Made by a program: the position numbers and the translations under genes. The notes beneath the pieces were generated by a model. The model saw nothing but the letters and a program-made list of their open reading frames with translations. It ran no database searches and was not told the origin of the DNA. A stretch of DNA of 42,591 nucleotides from Jimgerdemannia flammicorona (taxonomy: Eukaryota). Positions 11,623 through 23,159 of this stretch are shown piece after piece. The stretch spans positions 1 to 42,591 of the forward strand of contig RBNJ01000087.1 in assembly GCA_003990765.1 (NCBI GenBank), written 5' to 3'. How positions within the stretch are numbered: position 1 is the first letter of the stretch; every line of letters starts with the position of its first letter.

Positions 11623-13797
11623 TTAAATTCCTTGAACCTCTTCACAGCATTCCACCTCTTCCTTTACTTCCCCAATAGCCCTCAACACGATCCCGGACTC
11701 TGGCCTGACAACCGGCCACCCCGCACTCCATTCCTCCTCACCTACCAACTCTGGCCCGGCACGGTACTCGAGCACGCCTGCCTCGATCAACCTATCCACC
11801 TCCTCGTCGCCAACCTCCGCACACAATGCGTCGTAGCTCAGCTGATGCATCAGGCTACGCGTCACTACGAGGAGCGCCAGGAGGGCGGGCTTAGACTTTG
11901 AGCGCGAGAGGCGGCGGAGCAGGGAAAGCGCGTGGATATAGGGTGAGAAAGTCGAGGCTGGGGGATGGGATGGGTGGGCGAAGATCAGTATCGTGCATTC
12001 GACACCCGAAATTACCAAATACCGCGACCAAATCGAATCGAATACCCACGCTCGATCACCCGTCCGAACGCCCGCGTTTCTTCTAGGTACGCCCGCCAGT
12101 GCGCTATGCGCCCGCCAAGTAGGTCGTACAGGCGCTCAAAGTCGAGGTCACTGGCGGCAAGGTGGTCCTTGGGGACCGACGATAGATCGTGGACCGACGG
12201 CAGGTAGCGTGGTCGTAGTAGTGGCGCGCGCGGGCCTTGTCGAGGTCGCCGAGCATGAGGGGAGTGATGTGTTGGGCTGGTGCAGAGAATGGCGTTGAGT
12301 TGGGTTAGGCTGAATTGTTGAGATGGATGCCAAAAAAGCGATGAGAGAAGTTAAATGGGACGTACCGATTTGGACTTGCGAGCACGTGCAGGTAGTGAGT
12401 ATATTAAGTTACTTGCAACCAACGATCCCCCCCCCCCCAAAAAAAAAAAAAAAAAAAAAACATTATACATCAGCCACATTTACTCACGCTCCTCGAGCCA
12501 CCTCCCGTACTGCAATGGCTGGTCTGTGATGTGCACGACATGGCACAACGCGTCCGGCGCGACTAGGGCAAGCTGTGCGTCGAACGCAATCCGCGCCGCG
12601 AGATCGTCCTCCAGCAGGAAGCGGAGGCGGTGCGCTGAGTTAACGAACAGGACGGGAATTTTCTTATCAACTAAGGAAGGAGGGATTGATGAGATAAGGT
12701 GGAAGATCCGCTAATTGTTTTTTATTTCTGGTAGTGCGAGATTTGAAGTAGAGGATCTCCTACCGAATGTCGTCAGTTCGGGATGACCAATATCACGACT
12801 CTTCTCCGCGCCGCTCCAAAGCCACCTCACCGCTTCACTAACTCCCCGCGCGGCTCTCCTTTTCTCCTTTCGCACCCTGGGCACGAACTCCCTATACTCA
12901 ATCATGGCCGATGCAAATCTTTCCCATAGCTTAGCCACGTCCGCGACGGCCTCTCTCCTCGTCCTCTCGTCCATCACCTCGCCCTTCTCCCTTACCTCAC
13001 GCCTCTCCTGCGCCAGCTTCAGCGTGTGCCGGAACGCAATCGCCTGATTTTCGAACTCACGGTGTGGGTTCCCGTCCACGTCGTAGTACAAAGCCGTTAG
13101 GCGGTCGAAGAAAACGGAGAACAGTGAAGCGAGCCGATCGTGTAGGCTCGGGATTGAGGCGAATCCTACGAGGGGGAGAAGAGGGTTGAGCAAATAGGTA
13201 CGGAGGGAGGGAAGAAAGGAAGAGGGGGGGGGACGCACCGGGAATGCGAAGATCGATGTGGATGACGTGATAGCGGTCGTCGAAGAGAACTTCGCGGAGG
13301 AGTGTGGTCTTGCCGACACTGATTGGATATGGCAAATCAGTACATGTAAGGCTAGGAAGGTACAACTGCTCATTTCTGGATGTCATTCCCTCAAATAAAA
13401 TAAACTCGTCCATTAAGTAAAAAAAAACGAAATATTTTTACCCACTCGCCCCACTCACGACCAGAAACCTCGCCCTCCCCTTGCCCAACACCTCCTTCAA
13501 CCTCTCCACCTCCCGCTCCCTCCCGACGACACCGCCGGGCAAGCGCGCGAACGTGTGGGTCAGCGGGATGCGGCGTCGTTCCAGCATGTCGTACGCCTCT
13601 TCCAGCATGTCGTACGCCTCTTCCTTCATCTGGTGGATATCCTTCTGCGTCTCGCGCAGGGACCACATGGCCTTGATCGGGTTCATGAGCGAGTTCACGA
13701 GTGGGAGAAGCGAGATACCGCGTCGGGGAGGGGAGAGGAAGGGCTTGGGGTGGGCGAGAGAAATTGAGATGGGGTGGAGGCGTGTGAGAGAGTTCAT
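11623..13797 (-). pseudogene. Fungal P-loop (AAA/ATPase_2-like) protein with degenerate Walker B and one apparent frameshift; either a pseudogene or an assembly error
   Basis: Exons by eye: 13797-13442, 13318-13239, 13165-12764, 12670-12488, 12374-12366 (9 nt), 12276-12050, 11957-11623. VGREREVERL precedes Walker A (SGASGVGKTTL, split by an intron). The Walker B position reads KIPVLFVNSAH. Later motifs LGDLDK and LYDLLGGRIAHW lie in different frames across ~12210. The N-terminus is R/S/L-rich and resembles a mitochondrial presequence. Confidence 0.75.
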
Positions 13798-14165
13798 TGG
13801 GGTTTCCTGGCTGTATTTCGAGGCGAGATAGGGAAGAAGTAAGGAGTGAGATGGATAAAAGGGCGGCAACTGAAGAATGATGCACTTTGAGGTAAGAAAG
13901 TCATTTTGGCGTAAGAAGGTGACTGTGATGCATTGTCATTGGCCCATTTTATGTGTTACTTCATGCAATGCCGAAGAGCTGTGCTAATACATGCGTCTCT
14001 GTGAACATGTAACAACTGCATGGTCTACGCCTTATACATTCACAGCCTTTCCAGCAGGTATAAAATACACCAAGCGCACACTGCAAACCCACCATCATCC
14101 AGCAATCAGGCAACAAAAAATCCAACCCAAACAACCTCTCTCTCAACACCCAGCAAAATCCAATC

Positions 14166-14360
14166 ATGCTCCCCATCATCCGCATCTCCCTTCTCACCAC
14201 TCTCTTCCTCCTCGCTTTTCTCGTCCCCATCATCCGCGCCATCCCGATCGCGAAGCGCGGCCCCTACGTCCATGAGGATCACTCCGGTATTAACGTCGGC
14301 ATCAACTGGCGCAACAGGATGGGGGAATTCAATCCCAAGTTCAAGTTCGTTTTGGAATAG
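14166..14360 (+). CDS. Small secreted protein or prepropeptide (64 aa)
   Basis: TATAAAA at ~14058. Hydrophobic signal peptide MLPIIRISLLTTLFLLAFLVPIIRA, then IPIAKR (Kex2-type dibasic site). A candidate intron lies downstream at 14387-14480. Confidence 0.65.
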   Translation: MLPIIRISLLTTLFLLAFLVPIIRAIPIAKRGPYVHEDHSGINVGINWRNRMGEFNPKFKFVLE

Positions 14361-15572
14361 ACGCAAAAGATGGTCATGCTACTCAGGTGAGGTTCACATT
14401 TGGTGGGTGGCGGAATTGTGTTCGGGGGGATGGGAAGACGTGAGCATGATAACGAACCTGCTTTGTGTAAAATTTTCCAGGACACCTCGGTGTATAAGAC
14501 GACCTGTCAATTAGCTTTTCTCATCGATTTTAGGCATACCTTTTGGTCAATGATACCCATAGATATTCCGAATTCAAAACAATAAATACACAAATCTACC
14601 AGCTGCACCCAAAAGACAATTCTAAATGTTAGTGGCGTGTTGAGGAAAAATAAGAGAATGGGCACCGAAGCACAAAGTTCATATAACGCAAAGAAAATCC
14701 CACAAAACCGAGCGTAATGACCTGTTATGGGGTCAAACTCCGTCTTAAACTATTCTGAAGCGCGTCTTGGAACGTTGCTGGCTTGTTGTACATCTCAGGA
14801 CCAATCCGGCACTTTATGCTCCGCCAGGACGAGCATCTGTTAGAAACGGGAAGAGGCGTGATGGCAAAATGATCCGATTCTTCGTAAGGATTGCCGTCAA
14901 GTTTTGGCCGTTTTCATCCTTACTCAAGGGACTCATCGGTTAGATTCCACATCTAATGCGGTATCCGAAAGACATGCGAGGTGACAAGCCCACCATCTTC
15001 AATAGAGAGTGTGGGGGTACAAGGTTCAACATGTCAACATGGTTGACTGCTTATCTCACAAACGGCAACGTCACGCGTAGTAATAATACTCCTAAGCCAC
15101 ATTTTAATCGCGGCCACTTAAAATGTTACCTCTGGTGTTAAGTATGACTAATTAGAAAAATTATTATATTGGTTAGAATATAAATCATTTGGACTGATTG
15201 CTCTTAAAAATCAGCCTCAGGTTCAAACTCTGTTAAGTCCCACGGAATGTGCGGTAGGCTCACATTTCTCCATTTCTGGTGGGTTTCGGATGCAGGCTGT
15301 CTCATGGGGCTGAGTGATAAGAACTGTGAACGACGGGCCGGCCGATTGGGCTTGGTGAAAGGGGCTTTTCTTTTTTTTTTTTTTTTCCTTTATTTGTCGA
15401 AATGATCTGTTTTTGGAGCATTACTTAATTGAGAGTATATGCGAAGACAAGCCACGTTCGAGATGGCGCCGAAATGTATAAATAGCCATGACAGGCGAAG
15501 GCTGAGTAAAAAAAAAAGTTAACTTTATAATCCTCTTTTGCTCTTGTCTCGCTCTCGACCCGACAACAGACC

Positions 15573-17216
15573 ATGACGAAATCCAAATCCACCGTGCTTC
15601 GCGTGCTGGCCTTGGCCTTGGCTGCTACCACCCCTGCCGCCGTTTCTGCAGAGCTTTCTGGAGGTCTCTTCGGCCACGCCGCAACCGTCGCCAATGGTGC
15701 CCTCCATATGTGAGAGTCTACATTCCTTCCCTCTCCACGTCTCTGTTACCTTTCACCTTCTCTGACACCCCCCCCTTCTCCTTCCCACACCACCACACCA
15801 GCCTCGGTGGCAACGCCCCTTCAGCACCTGCCTCAACCGACGTCGTCCCGGTTAGCACCCATTACGAGCTAGACCTCACTGTTTCTTTCAACATCTCCTC
15901 CCCGGCCCTGAAGGTCACGAGCACAAACTTCACCGCCACGGGCGGCCCCCCGCCCCTCGCATACCACACCTCGTCCCTCCGCGATGACAACAACTCCCTC
16001 GTCATCTGGGGCGGCGGCACTTCCGACGGTTTCGTGGGGCAGCTCACCCCCGACACCGTCTGGGTTTTCTACGCCAAGAACAAATCCTGGACCACCGCAA
16101 AAATTCCCGTCGGCCCAAAACCGCGTCGCCACCACACTGCTGTCATCAACTCAACTGATCCATCGTGGTTCGACGTCTATGGCGGCGTGCAGGATACAGC
16201 GACGGGCTTCACGTCCGCACCAGTTCTCCAGAACTCCGTTTGGGGGTGCGACACCGACGCGTTCACTTGGGCAAACCTCACAGCGGGGCCGGGAGAGCGA
16301 TACCAACACGCTGCAGTCATGACGCCGTAAGTAATTCCAATTCTCTTATGCATCCGTGCTCTCGTCTCAATCCAACCCGAAATAATCCCCCCTCCCCGTC
16401 AACACATAGCAACGGCACCATGATCGTCATCGGCGGCCTTCAGCAGTACATCGCCGCCGCCGCCAACGCCTCTGCCGCCGTCCTCGCTCAAGCTCTTGCC
16501 CCCATGAACTCTATCGGCATGTACAACTCCAAGACAGGAGTGTGGGCTAGCATGGCGGTCACTGGGGCCAGCGGATCCACGCCGGCGGATAGGGCCGGTC
16601 ATACAGCGGTGATGAGTAAGTAGAGAAAAGGCGGGTTTCGGTTCTGGGCGGAGGTTAGATGGGTGGTTTTGGGGACGAAGGGAATGTGTTCCCTAGATCT
16701 TATACTCTTGTTCCGACAGATAAACGAACATACCTGTCCACCGCGCTAACCTACCCCCTCTCCTCCTCCTTCCTTATTTCACCTCACTCAGCTGAGGACA
16801 ACAAAATCCTAGTCTACGGCGGCTACGACGAGAATAACCAGCCCCTAGGAGACCTCTTCATCCTCGACCCCTTAACGCTGACATGGACGAAACCCAACGT
16901 GACGGGTACACCCCCATCCTCGCGCTTCTTCCACACCGCCAACGTCGTCGACGGACAGATGGTCATCGTCGGCGGGTCTGGTTCCAGCAATGCTGCTCGC
17001 GGCGATGTCGCTGTCCTCACTACCTCCAAGGCCACAAATGACGCGCCACCCACCTATGTGTGGTCAGGAACGTTCGTACCAAAGGGTTCAGAGGTCAGGG
17101 CGCCACAGCCTTCGCCCTCGCCCTCGCAGCAGGGGTCTCATGCTATGAAAAAGCATGTTGGCTTCATGGGAGTCGTGGGGGCAGTCGTGGCTGCGCTGCT
17201 TGTTGTGGCGATGTAG
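15573..17216 (+). CDS. Secreted kelch-repeat beta-propeller protein with a C-terminal hydrophobic GPI/TM segment, 4 exons
   Basis: Exons 15573-15709, 15802-16326, 16410-16615, 16792-17216. Signal peptide, then repeated kelch motifs: FGHAA..ILGG, YHTS..IWGG, RRHHTA..VYGG, RYQHAA..VIGG, RAGHTA..VYGG, RFFHTA..IVGG. Ends GVVGAVVAALLVVAM*. TATAAATA at ~15477. Confidence 0.9.
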
Positions 17217-17638
17217 GGTGAATAATCGGGTGGGTGAATGGTGAGATGATACGGAAGAGGAGGTTAATCGGTGCCTCCCGACTCTCGGATTACTGGTACC
17301 TTCGGCTTTCCTTCGTCTCTGAACATTTCATGCAATCTCAGTTTGCTATGCTTTGTCCATTTCCTGTGTATGGGTGGTGGGAAAATTGGGTATTCCGTGT
17401 TAGCTATGTTGAACATGGGTAACCTATTTTTTGGATTTGAGCACCCATATACTAAAAGGAGCGTTATCGTGATCTATCACAATATACCCACAAAACAAAC
17501 ACACATACAACCAAAGCTATGAACACAGAAACTGGCATCGCATATTCCAAGTTCGATTCGGACGCTTTTCTGAATTTGGACGAACTTACTCGAAATGCGA
17601 CTTTGGGGAATGGTGATACACATGTCCAAGATACGATA

Positions 17639-18270
17639 TTGATGAATTTGTCCCGGTAGCGACCCGATTTTCATGTTCCCGGCGACAACACCCTTAGCCT
17701 GAAACGTCGGCGTACAGAAAATTATTCATCAGTGGATAGAAATGGTGCCACGGAGAGCAGTGATATTGGAGACACGAAGGGCGCGATGATAGGCCGAAGA
17801 GGATGACAAGATGATTGAATATGAGGACAGGGAGGGTGGTGATGAGCGGACGTCCAGGACGAGGATGGTTATGGCAGCGAAAATGGAGACCGAGGGTGAT
17901 GATGAAACGAGCAAGCCTGCTGGGGTGCTCAGGTCGGATGACCCGATCGCAAACCGCACAACCACATCGACTTCGATGCAGCCTCCAAGAAATGCTCAGT
18001 CAATGCTTGGTCGTTACCAACGTCTTGGCGGTAGAACAGAGGATATCACTCTTGTCATATAATGATCACAAATCTCCAATATAGGATGTCTTTGTTTGCA
18101 TGTATACAGGTTCTGGATTAGATTTTCAAACCTATTCTACTTTATATATTACTATACTTTTTATTTTATTTTTATTTTTCTCTCACACATTATATCTTTC
18201 CGATCATTTTATTATTTATAAAAATAAAGTTAATTATAAAAAATATATATATTAATAGCTTAGATTTTAT
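17639..18270 (+). repeat. Direct repeat copy A (~0.63 kb)
   Basis: Aligns with 21240-21972, e.g. the shared gaatatgaggacagggagggtggtgatgagcggacgtccaggacgaggatggttatggcagcga and aacctattcta..tttatatatt. Confidence 0.92.
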
Positions 18271-18516
18271 AGTTAGTCTAATTTATAAATCTAAAGAGAT
18301 ATATTAAAAAAATCTTTAAAATTAATAAAAAATAAAACTAATTATTAGTTAGTTTAATAAACATTATATATTTTTAACTATTTAAATATTTAAAATTTAA
18401 ATACTTAGTAATTTATAATAGTAATTTAATTTATAATACTTAGATAGTAAAAAGTATAATTATAATTATTATACATATTGTTTATAATAAATTAAATTAG
18501 ATATGGATATTAGTTT

Positions 18517-18547
<31 letters not shown>

Positions 18548-18819
18548 GATAATCTAAAATAGATTTTTTAAAATATTATTCTAATATTATATATTATAAT
18601 AAATTAATTAAATACTTAAATATAAATATAAATATAAATATATAAAGTAAAAAGATATTTTTTAGGAACAAGTAATTTAACAATCTCACAATGTGTGTTA
18701 GGATATTTTTCAATCAAATTTTCTTTTATTTATCTATTACTTTATTTATTATAATTTTTCTTTATTTATTTTAGATTGATAAAAAGATAATAATATTATT
18801 AGAATATTATATAAATATA

Positions 18820-19200
18820 TTCAAATCAACAAAACCGTTAATTAATTTGAAATACTCATATAAGTTTTAAAAATCACGAGTCTCCCGATTTCGATGACCT
18901 TCATATCATAGGAAAGCTATTATAGAGGTCTTTCTAATGACACCAAGAATGTTAAACGTCGCTGAGTTATCAAGGAAAACGTTCTTTTTGAAGAAAATTT
19001 CCAAAATTGGCAAGTCTGACGTTCTTGATAACTCAGCGACGCGGCATCTAATTTTAAAATTCTTGGTGTCATTAGAAAGACCTCTATAATGGCTTTCCAA
19101 TGATACCAAGATCATCAAAATTGGAAGACTCATTGCCAAATTATTGATGTAAATGTTTAATTGTCTAATTTGGAAATCAAAACAATGAAATTGATATTGA
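18820..19200. mobile_element. Foldback/MITE-like palindromic element; CpG-retaining copy
   Basis: Inverted arms ~18888-18972 and ~19026-19118 (ggaaagctattatagaggtctttctaatgacaccaagaat and its reverse complement). Homologous to the core of 34026-34561. Confidence 0.8.
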
Positions 19201-19496
19201 CACATTGAATTCATGTCGAATTGTACCACTTCGAATCATTCGAATCAAAGTACATTTATTGTTTCTTCACTAAATAAATGTAGGACAAACAGTTTTGTGA
19301 TGCAGGCCGTGTTGTCTCTGCATTTCTGCAAAGACACATACGATATATATATGGGTATTTATTTGATGAATACAAAATATTGTGGACGGCAAGCTCATCT
19401 CTTGGATGGGATCGATCGTCGAAATACTTCATGCAATGGTATTAATTAAAAGGCGGAATTCAAATTTGCTCAGCGTGTGAGGTGGAGCAAGATCTA

Positions 19497-20365
19497 TTAC
19501 AAGATTCTCATAAGAGTCAGGAGCATGGGCACAAGAAGGACGAAAGGCGAAGGAATAAAACCGCGGTTAGCAGCGCCGGTGCTCGGGGTGGACGTCGGGG
19601 GCTTTATGGAACTCATTGAGGTAGTGGTAGGTGAGGATACGGAGGGGAAAATGGCCGTGACGGAGGTAGAAGTGACCGTGGTGGAGATGACCGTGGTGGA
19701 GGTGACCGAGGTGGACGTTGAGGTTTGGGATGTAGATGTGCTTGTCTCGGTCACAGATGTATAGATAATCAATGTGTTTGTGTTGTCCGTAACGCAAACG
19801 TTAAGGACCGTATCACATCTTTGTCCGGTTTTGCAGCAACCGCCGGTGCTGCAAAGTATGTCGGTAGGGCCGCAAATTGCATCGCAACGATTGTTGCTAA
19901 GACAGGCCACACCGGTGGGGCAGCAGTAGGCACTGCCAGGGCAGGCAGAATAGCCAGAAGTGCAGCACTGTAGATAGCCTCCACACTTGACGATATGAAC
20001 AAAATATTGTCGAGAATTATGTGTGGTTTGTGCGAGAACGGGGGAAGGGAGTGAGGGAACAAAGAGAACCATTACCATATTAGGAATCCAAAGCCACCAA
20101 GTTGCGTTTGTTGAGATTTTTTGTGGCAACAAAGAAATTCAAATCCATTTACCGTGGATCCTGTAGGGCAGCAGGTGGCCCCATCGCTACAAGCGTAATA
20201 TCCGAAGTCGCAGCCATAAACGGCGGCTGGCGAGGTGCCATTGGAGCCGATGGCTTGAAAAGGTCCCGAAATGAGCTGAAGACCTGTGACATCTTCGGAA
20301 GCCACAACATGAACGAGAGCAACGATGAGTGTCAGGAGACGGATCAAAGCCATTTCGCTAAGCAT
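19497..20365 (-). CDS. Cys-rich secreted surface protein with Ser/Thr stalk and GPI signal, 2 exons
   Basis: Exon 1 20365 (or 20353)-20153 encodes a signal peptide and CDFGYYACSDGATCCPTGST. Exon 2 19985-19497 encodes CGGYLQCC..CCPTGVAC..GGCCKTGQRC, a T/S-rich stalk and a hydrophobic C-terminus (FVLLVPMLLTLMRIL). Confidence 0.85.
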
Positions 20366-20724
20366 ACTTCAATGTATGAAGAAACCCCCCCCCCTGTAGA
20401 ATCCATCGCCAATTTATACAAAATGCTTTTGCTGGTGAAAATGCCAAACGTAAAATATTCAACAAACCCGGTAGTGTGCAATGTGCTTAACACCAATCCC
20501 GGGCTCTCACGCTCAGCAGAACCCGGTTTGAGCTTCTGGAATAAAACTGTTACGCAAGATGGTCATTTCTTTGGTCATGTTGGATTCAGTGGAACCTTAG
20601 AACTAGTTAACGAGCAATTTGCGCCGTGTATCTCGCGACTTAGCGACGTTTGTGTAATAACGGAGGCTTAGTCAACGGTCTGTAAATTGTTCCCATGTTT
20701 TTCTTGCCATATAAGTAACAATAT

Positions 20725-20832
20725 TCAGTGACACGACAGATGAAGTTAAACAATCAGTGACACGACAGATGAAGTTAACAAACAATAGTCAGTGACACGC
20801 AGCTGATAGTCAGGTGACACGACAGCTGACAC
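20725..20832. repeat. Short imperfect tandem repeat with four GTGACACG cores
   Basis: cagtgacacgacagatgaagttaa twice, followed by two shorter variants. Confidence 0.8.
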
Positions 20833-21239
20833 CATGTTTCAAATTCAACCAACTGATACTTGATTGTCGACCATAACTAATGCTCCAGGGCCTATTCACA
20901 CGGTTTATCGACAGACCCCATATGTGTCAGATTATCGAAGTGTTGATTTGCTAATCCGAATTCTTCACATTATGCCCTCTGCAATGTGGAATGATCGGTC
21001 GCACGACCACCATCCCTTTGAGGATGCCCGGCATTCACTCTCGCAGCATGACCAAATGATTATATTTATTTATTATTTAAAATAATAGTACACTTTTATT
21101 AAATTTATTAAAATAAATTAGGTATATTATTTAGAGTAGTTTATTTTTTATTTTATTTTTATTTTTAAATTTTAAAAGATATTTCTTAATTTATCGTCAC
21201 AATTATAAATATGCATACTATATATATATATATATGATG

Positions 21240-21972
21240 TTGATGAATTCGTTCCGGTTGCGACTCGATTTTCGACGATACCCGCAACCGGAAACGTCGG
21301 CGTATATACAGAAAATTTAATCAGTGGATGGGAATGATGACACGTGAGTGGTGATATTGGGAACATGGAAGGCAAGACGTTGGTTGGGTGGGGATGGGGT
21401 GAAGAGGATGACGAGATGATTGAATATGAGGACAGGGAGGGTGGTGATGAGCGGACGTCCAGGACGAGGATGGTTATGGCAGCGATACCCACCATGGACA
21501 GTGGGGGGTGATCCAAAATGGAGACCGAGGGTGATGATGAAACGAGCAAGCCTGCTGGGGTGCTCAGGTCGGATGACCCGATCACAAACCGCACAACCAC
21601 ATCGACTTCGATGCAGCCAGCATGAAGTCTGCATCAGCAGCTATGAGAGGTCCAAGAAATGCTCAGTCAATGCCTGGTTGTTACCAATGCCTTAGCGGTA
21701 GAACAGAGAACATCACCCTTGTCATATAGTGATTACAAATCTTCAATATAGGATGTCTTTGTTTGTATATATACAGGTTCTGGATTATGAGATCTTCTAA
21801 CCTATTCTATTTTATATATTATTATACTTTTTATTTTATTTTTTCTTTCCTCTCACATATTATATCTTTTAGATTATTTTATGGTTTACAGATATATTTA
21901 TTTGAAAAATAGATAAAAATAAAGTTAATTATAAAATAATAATAATAATAATATATCAATAGCTTAGATTAT
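21240..21972 (+). repeat. Direct repeat copy B (~0.73 kb, with small extra segments relative to A)
   Basis: Same-orientation homolog of 17639-18270. Confidence 0.92.
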
Positions 21973-23159
21973 ATACTGATGATATTTATAGAATGATATA
22001 GTCAGGCTATACTACTATATATTACGTATCTAGATGACTGAAAAAGATCTAAATTTCCTGCTTAAAAGTATAAAAATAGGTCAATGGAATAGTGAAAAAT
22101 AGAAATTCTATATAATTTTAATAAAAGATCAATAATATAAATCCAGATCTATTTATAAATAAAGAGATGTAAGTAATGTTAAAGATATTTATTAGTGCTT
22201 TAAAAAACTTTCTATTATTACTATATAATCATTATTACTTACTGCTTACTAGTATAGAATTACTATTTACTAATATAGAATTACTACTTACTGATGTAGA
22301 ATTATCCATAAGTCTCATTTCTTATATATATAAGTCAAACTTTATTTAGAGAAGATCTTTAGTCAATAAATCTACTATTATATATTCTGTTAGCTATATA
22401 TTAATATGTTTTATTCTAGCATAATATATAGAGTTCTTTGCTATAGTAATGGTACTCTACTTGTATAGATAATGTTGCTATAAAAGATTACTTATATATT
22501 TGCTATGAAATAGCTCTGTTTTTGCTGATTTGAAAGAGGTATTCAGTCTTAAATATACATAGTATATAATATATCAGATCTTATTTTAAGTATAAGATAT
22601 ATGAGGGATTCTATAACTTACTAATAGAGAATATTATTATCTTCAGATATAGTATTACTAAACTTCTTTAGTCTTATAAATATCTCTATAAGTATTCTGA
22701 CTAACTTGTATTTGCTTATACTAAATTATTCAAGTATAGTCTAAATATATATAGCTTGTAATAGATATACATATAGCATATTTATATCTATTATATATAA
22801 TTAATATTCTAAGAAGATAGAATATATTATCTATATCTATCATCTTGAATTTCTGATATAGTGTTATTTTGACTTCATTAATCTCACTTACTATTCTGAC
22901 CAGAATGATATTATCTATCCAAATTTCTAGGTATACTATTTCTGAGGATATATGTTAGATATATATATATTGGTCAGCCTCATAATACTTAAATCTGTTA
23001 TCTAAAGAGTATTTATTAATTTTTTTTAGTTATACAGCCTTACTACTTATTTAATACCATAAAGACCTTTATATAATTTATATATAAGCTCATTTCTATT
23101 ATTGTTATATAATTTATATTATAGTAGTGAATATATATATAGTTCTATATCTATATTAC

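Noticed and set aside
17729-18084. ORFs within the direct repeats as real genes
   Set aside because: Indels between the copies change the frames and no motif is recognisable.
18270-18820. Extreme AT block as a mitochondrial insertion
   Set aside because: No organellar gene motif is visible. A fully mutated repeat relic is more likely.
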